NCBI GenBank assembly: GCA_963779415.1
Contig: CAVZYA010000001.1
Coordinates: forward strand, 1,984,001 to 2,048,000
Direction of reading: 5' to 3'
DNA from: an uncultured Acidobacteriota bacterium
Lineage (GTDB): Bacteria > Acidobacteriota > Thermoanaerobaculia > UBA5066
Length of the DNA stretch: 64,000 nucleotides
Positions 59,840 through 64,000 of this stretch are shown here, piece after piece. The notes beneath the pieces are model-generated. The model made no database searches and was not told where the DNA came from. It saw only the letters and a list, made by a program, of their open reading frames with translations. The position numbers and the translations under genes are program-made. The first letter of the stretch is position 1. Every line of letters begins with the position of its first letter.

Positions 59840-61534
59840 GTGGCGGATTCCCGGACCGAACATTCCTCGGCGTTGCTCGACTGGCTGAAGGGCTACCGGA
59901 AGGAGTGGCTGGGGGCGGATGTCGTCGCTGGCCTGACCGTCGCGGCCGTCGTCATTCCGAAATCGATGGCCTACGCCACGATCGCGGGGCTCCCCGTGCA
60001 GGTGGGGCTCTACACGGCGCTCGTGCCGATGCTCGTCTATGCGTTCCTCGGGACGTCCCGGCCCCTCAGCGTCAGCACGACGACGACCCTCGCCATCCTG
60101 ACGGGGGCGCAGCTCTCCCTGGTCGCCCGGGGTGGCGATTCGGCGTCACTCTTCGGCGCCTCGGCGATGCTGACCCTTCTCGTGGGAGGCGTCCTTTTTC
60201 TGGCGGCCGTCCTGCGGCTGGGCTTCGTCGCGAACTTCATCTCCGAGCCGGTGTTGATCGGCTTCAAGGCCGGCATCGGCCTCGTCATCGTTCTGGACCA
60301 GCTCCCGAAGCTCCTGGGCATCCATTTCCAGAAGGGCTCCTTCCTCCACAACCTGCTGGCCATCCTCAAGGGGCTTCCGGAGACGGCCCTGCCGACCCTC
60401 GCGGTCGGGCTCGTAATGGTTTTGCTCCTCGTCGGGATCGAGCATTTTCTTCCGCGGATTCCGGCGCCTCTGGTCGCCGTCGCCGCCGGGATCGCCGGGA
60501 TGGCCTTCCTCGGGCTGGGGGCCCATGGCGTGAAGTCCGTCGGCACGATTCCCCAGGGCCTTCCGTCCTTCATCGTGCCGGACTTCTCCCTCGCCGGAGA
60601 TCTCTGGGCCGCCGCCATCGGCATCGCGTTGATGAGCTTCACGGAGACGATCTCGGCCGGGCGCGCGTTCGCCAGATCCGAAGAGCCGCCTCTCCGGGCG
60701 AACCGGGAGTTACTGGCGACGGGACTCGCGAACGCGGCAGGCGCGGTGTTCGGGGCGATGCCGGCGGGGGGGGGCACGTCACAGACCGCGGTGAATCGTC
60801 TGGCCGGGGCGCGGACGCAGCTGGCCCAGCTGGTCACGGCCGGCGGCACACTGGTGACGATGCTCTTTCTGGCTCCCTTTCTCGCGCTCATGCCGGAGGC
60901 CACCCTGGCGGCCGTCGTCATCGTCTATTCCATCGGGCTGATCCAGCCGGCGGAGTTCCGCGCGATCCTCCGGGTCCGACGCACCGAGCTCGTCTGGGCC
61001 GTCGCGGCGATGCTCGGCGTGATGCTGCTCGGCACGCTCCGCGGAATCCTCGTCGCCATCATCGTGTCGATCGTCGCGCTCGCTGCCCAGATGGCCGATC
61101 CCCCGGTCTACGAGGTCCGACGCAAGCGGGGCACCGGCGTCTTTCGCCCGGTGTCGGCCGAGCATCCGGAGGACGAGTCGTTCCCCGGGCTTCTGATGAT
61201 CCGGGCCGAAGGGCGGGTCTTCTTCCTGAACGTCGGGCGCGTCACCGAAAGGATCGCCGCGATCGTCCAGGAGGCCCGGCCGCGGGTCGTCGTCCTCGAC
61301 GGCAGCGCCATCTTCGACCTCGAGTACACGGCTCTCAAGTCGCTGATCGAGGCCGAGGAAAAGCTCCGGGGCGAGGGGACCGTCCTCGCCCTCGCCTCTC
61401 TCAACCCGCAGTTCCGGACGATGGTCGAGCGCTCGCCGCTCGGCGCGACGCTCGGTCGCTCCCGGATGTTCTTCAACCTCGAGCAGGCGGTCGAGAAATA
61501 CACGTCCCTCCTGCCGCCCGCAGAGAAAGACTGA
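59840..61534 (+). CDS. SulP/SLC26 anion transporter with STAS domain
   Basis: DVVAGLTV, IPKSMAYA, GLYT, ANRELLA; C-terminal STAS. Confidence 0.92.
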   Translation: MADSRTEHSSALLDWLKGYRKEWLGADVVAGLTVAAVVIPKSMAYATIAGLPVQVGLYTALVPMLVYAFLGTSRPLSVSTTTTLAILTGAQLSLVARGGDSASLFGASAMLTLLVGGVLFLAAVLRLGFVANFISEPVLIGFKAGIGLVIVLDQLPKLLGIHFQKGSFLHNLLAILKGLPETALPTLAVGLVMVLLLVGIEHFLPRIPAPLVAVAAGIAGMAFLGLGAHGVKSVGTIPQGLPSFIVPDFSLAGDLWAAAIGIALMSFTETISAGRAFARSEEPPLRANRELLATGLANAAGAVFGAMPAGGGTSQTAVNRLAGARTQLAQLVTAGGTLVTMLFLAPFLALMPEATLAAVVIVYSIGLIQPAEFRAILRVRRTELVWAVAAMLGVMLLGTLRGILVAIIVSIVALAAQMADPPVYEVRRKRGTGVFRPVSAEHPEDESFPGLLMIRAEGRVFFLNVGRVTERIAAIVQEARPRVVVLDGSAIFDLEYTALKSLIEAEEKLRGEGTVLALASLNPQFRTMVERSPLGATLGRSRMFFNLEQAVEKYTSLLPPAEKD

Positions 61535-61542
61535 CCGTACGC

Positions 61543-62619
61543 ATGCCTCACCTCTTCGACCCCCTGACGCTCCGCGGCGCGACGTTTCGGAACCGGATCG
61601 GCGTCTCGCCGATGTGCCAGTACAGCTGCCTGGACGGCCTCGCGACGGACTGGCACCTCGTCCACCTCGGCTCGCGCGCCGTCGGCGGCGCCGGCCTCGT
61701 GATGGTCGAGGCCACCGCGGTCGAGGCGCGCGGCCGGATTTCCCCCGCCGACATGGGCCTCTGGTCCGACGCGCACATCGAGCCCCTCGCGCGGATCGCG
61801 CGATTCGTCTCGGAGCAGGGGGCCGTCCCCGGCATCCAGCTTGCCCACGCCGGGCGGAAGGCCTCCACCGCCGTGCCGTGGGCGGGAAGCGGTCCCGTCG
61901 CCGACGCCGACGGCGGGTGGCAGGCGATCGCTCCGAGCGCGATCCCGTTCTCTCCGAAGGACCGGACCCCCGCGGAGATGACGGCGGCCGACATCGCCGC
62001 AATCCTCGACGCTTTCCGGAAAGCGACGATTCGCGCGAAGGAAGCCGGGTTCGGCCTCGTCGAGCTGCACGCCGCGCACGGCTACCTCGCGCACAGCTTT
62101 CTCTCGCCCCTCTCGAACCGCCGGACGGACTCGTACGGCGGCCCCTTCGAGAACCGGACTCGCTTCGCTCTCGAGGCGCTCGGCGCCATTCGCTCGGCGT
62201 GGCCGGACGAGAAGCCGGTCTCGGTCCGTCTCTCGTGCACCGACTGGGCGGACGGAGGCTGGACGCTCGAGGACTCCGTCGCCCTCGCCCGCCGCCTGAA
62301 GGATGAGGGCGCCGATCTCGTCGACTGCAGCTCGGGAGGCCTCGTCCCCGACGCGAAGGTTCCCGTCGGCGCCGGCTACCAGGTTCCGCTCGCCGAGGCG
62401 GTCCGCCGCGGCGCCGGGATCCCCACCGCCGCCGTCGGGCTGATCACCGAGCCGATGCAGGCGGACGAGATCGTCCGGAACGGGCGGGCCGACCTCGTTC
62501 TCCTCGCGCGCGAGGAGCTGCGGAGCCCTTACTGGCCGATCCACGCGGCCCGAGTCCTCGGCCAGACGAAGAGCCTCCGCATTCCGCCCCCGTACTGGAG
62601 AGGGATTCCTCCGGCCTGA
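61543..62619 (+). CDS. Old Yellow Enzyme (YqjM/NamA-type) NADH:flavin oxidoreductase
   Basis: NRIGVSPMCQYS, QLAHAGRK, HAAHGYL, NRRTDSYGG. Confidence 0.92.
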   Translation: MPHLFDPLTLRGATFRNRIGVSPMCQYSCLDGLATDWHLVHLGSRAVGGAGLVMVEATAVEARGRISPADMGLWSDAHIEPLARIARFVSEQGAVPGIQLAHAGRKASTAVPWAGSGPVADADGGWQAIAPSAIPFSPKDRTPAEMTAADIAAILDAFRKATIRAKEAGFGLVELHAAHGYLAHSFLSPLSNRRTDSYGGPFENRTRFALEALGAIRSAWPDEKPVSVRLSCTDWADGGWTLEDSVALARRLKDEGADLVDCSSGGLVPDAKVPVGAGYQVPLAEAVRRGAGIPTAAVGLITEPMQADEIVRNGRADLVLLAREELRSPYWPIHAARVLGQTKSLRIPPPYWRGIPPA

Positions 62620-62737
62620 CGAGGGCTCCGGAGCCGGCGACCTTTTCCTGGAATCGCCGCGCGACGAGGCCTCTTTGTGACGCGTCTCTCACGCATTCGG
62701 CGCGGAGATTGCTAACCTTCCGGGCGGAGGACCGCCC

Positions 62738-63355
62738 ATGAGCCGAAATCGACGCGCTCTCGCTCCGGCATTCGCCATCGCCGCGCTTCTCGCGCTGCCC
62801 GCGGGTGGAGACGCTCAGGAACCGCCGGCCGCCAAGCCGACGCCCGCCCCGACGCCGAGGGACCAGTGGACCGAGATGAGGCTGGACGCGAGGAGAAAGG
62901 TGATCGACGCCATGGCGGGCGAGACGCTGGAGAGGCTGACGATCCGCGAGCCGAAGGCGAAGGAGCTTCTGGAGAAGGCGTACGGCTGGGCCGTCTTCGA
63001 CAGCTTCAAGTTCGGGATCGGTCTCTCGGGCGCCGGCGGAAGCGGCGTCGCGGTCGAGCGCGCGAGCGGAAAGCGGACCTACATGAAGATGGGGAGCGCC
63101 GGGATCGGCCTGACGCTCGGCGGACAGAGGTACCGTGTCGTCTTCCTGATGCAGGACAGCGAGACCTTCGAGCGGTTCGTGACGAAGGGGTGGTACGCCG
63201 ACGCATCCGCCCGCGCCGCCGCCGGCAAGGAAGGGGGCGCCTCGGGAACCGCTTTCGTGAACGGACTCGCGATCTACCAGCTCAACGACGCGGGCCTGAT
63301 GGCGAGCGTCGACATCTCCTCGACCTGGTACTCGAAGGATGACGAACTGAACTGA
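62738..63355 (+). CDS. Secreted Ysc84/SYLF-domain protein
   Basis: Signal peptide; KAYGWAVF, GGSGV, GIGLTLGGQ, GLMASV. Confidence 0.75.
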   Translation: MSRNRRALAPAFAIAALLALPAGGDAQEPPAAKPTPAPTPRDQWTEMRLDARRKVIDAMAGETLERLTIREPKAKELLEKAYGWAVFDSFKFGIGLSGAGGSGVAVERASGKRTYMKMGSAGIGLTLGGQRYRVVFLMQDSETFERFVTKGWYADASARAAAGKEGGASGTAFVNGLAIYQLNDAGLMASVDISSTWYSKDDELN

Positions 63356-63375
63356 TCGCCATCTCCCGGGGTGTG

Positions 63376-64000
63376 ATGAACGGCCCTCCCGCAATCTCGC
63401 GCCGGCGGATGCTCCTCGGAATCGCGGCTCTCCTCGTCCTGTCCGTGGCGCTTTCGTGGGGTGCCGGTCGGACCGAGAGCCTGACGATGGACGAGCCGGT
63501 CCATCTGACGGCCGGCGCGAGCGCCCTCGCCACGGGAGACTTCCGGCTGAACCCCGAGCACCCCCCCCTCGCAAAGGTCTGGGCGGCGCTCCCCCTCCTC
63601 CTCGTTCGGCACGTCCCGTTCGGTCCCGCGAGTCCCGGATTCGGGGACGGCGACGCGGCCGCGGCCGCGCGCGACTGGCTCGGCAGGCGGAACGACGGCA
63701 CCTCTCTCGTTCAGGCCCCCCGGGCGGCGATGCTCCTCCTGACGACGCTCTTCCTCGCCGCCGTCGCCGCCACGATTCACCGGCTCTTCGGCGCCGGTCC
63801 CGCCCTCCTCGGTCTCGGCGTGGCCGCCCTCGACCCGACGATCCTCTCCCACGGCCATTACGTCACGACGGACATCCCCGTGTCGCTCTTCGCCCTTCTG
63901 ACAATCGGGACCTTCGCCGCGTGGATCGAGAAACCCGGAGCCGCGCGCTTCGGACTCTTCGCGCTGGCTCTCGCCGCTTCCGCTCTGACGAAGTTCTCGT
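63376..64000 (+). CDS. GT-C (GT39/ArnT-like) membrane glycosyltransferase, partial
   Basis: TMDEPVHL, NPEHPPLAK, HGHYVTTD, LTKFS; runs off the window. Confidence 0.8.
   Translation, partial: MNGPPAISRRRMLLGIAALLVLSVALSWGAGRTESLTMDEPVHLTAGASALATGDFRLNPEHPPLAKVWAALPLLLVRHVPFGPASPGFGDGDAAAAARDWLGRRNDGTSLVQAPRAAMLLLTTLFLAAVAATIHRLFGAGPALLGLGVAALDPTILSHGHYVTTDIPVSLFALLTIGTFAAWIEKPGAARFGLFALALAASALTKFS

Noticed and set aside
57685-61534. SpoIIE phosphatase and SulP-STAS as partners of the RsbT-like kinase at 42886
   Set aside because: They are about 15 kb away, not co-transcribed, and such genes are common; nothing in the sequence links them.
1-64000. CRISPR array, prophage, integrase/transposase, rRNA
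   Set aside because: No regularly spaced repeats or recognisable motifs for any of these were seen by eye.

Overview
High-GC bacterial chromosome segment. Gene content and codon style suggest an Acidobacteriota/Thermoanaerobaculia-like organism, which is my inference only. Many genes carry single-base indels that look like uncorrected long-read errors. The backbone holds an OPT transporter, a glycosylasparaginase-like gene, dnaX-recR-mglB-mglA, SRP RNA, GH57, an Fe-S D-lactate dehydrogenase, trpB2, galT, tadA, modABC, an M28 peptidase, an ABC exporter, SulP, an Old Yellow Enzyme and four tRNAs (Ser-CGA, Ser-GGA, Arg-ACG, Glu-CTC). Accessory blocks are: (i) a defence islet with McrBC, yefM-yoeB and orphan antitoxin-like remnants; (ii) a degraded low-GC islet between two tRNA-Ser genes; (iii) an AcpS/acetate ligase/ACP/Kbl operon; (iv) a ~9.4-kb operon with shifted codon usage, in which a hydrogenase-type sensory module (two DRTGG proteins, an RsbT-like kinase, a degenerate [FeFe]-hydrogenase-like protein) precedes a HydC/HydB electron-bifurcating core whose large subunit is a GltD/NfnA-like plus Mo-ligand-less FDH/NuoG-like fusion instead of a hydrogenase; and (v) an ACP/acyltransferase/FAAL trio next to tRNA-Arg. 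Blocks (iv) and (iii) are the best candidates for undescribed systems. All calls come from motif recognition by eye; no searches were run.
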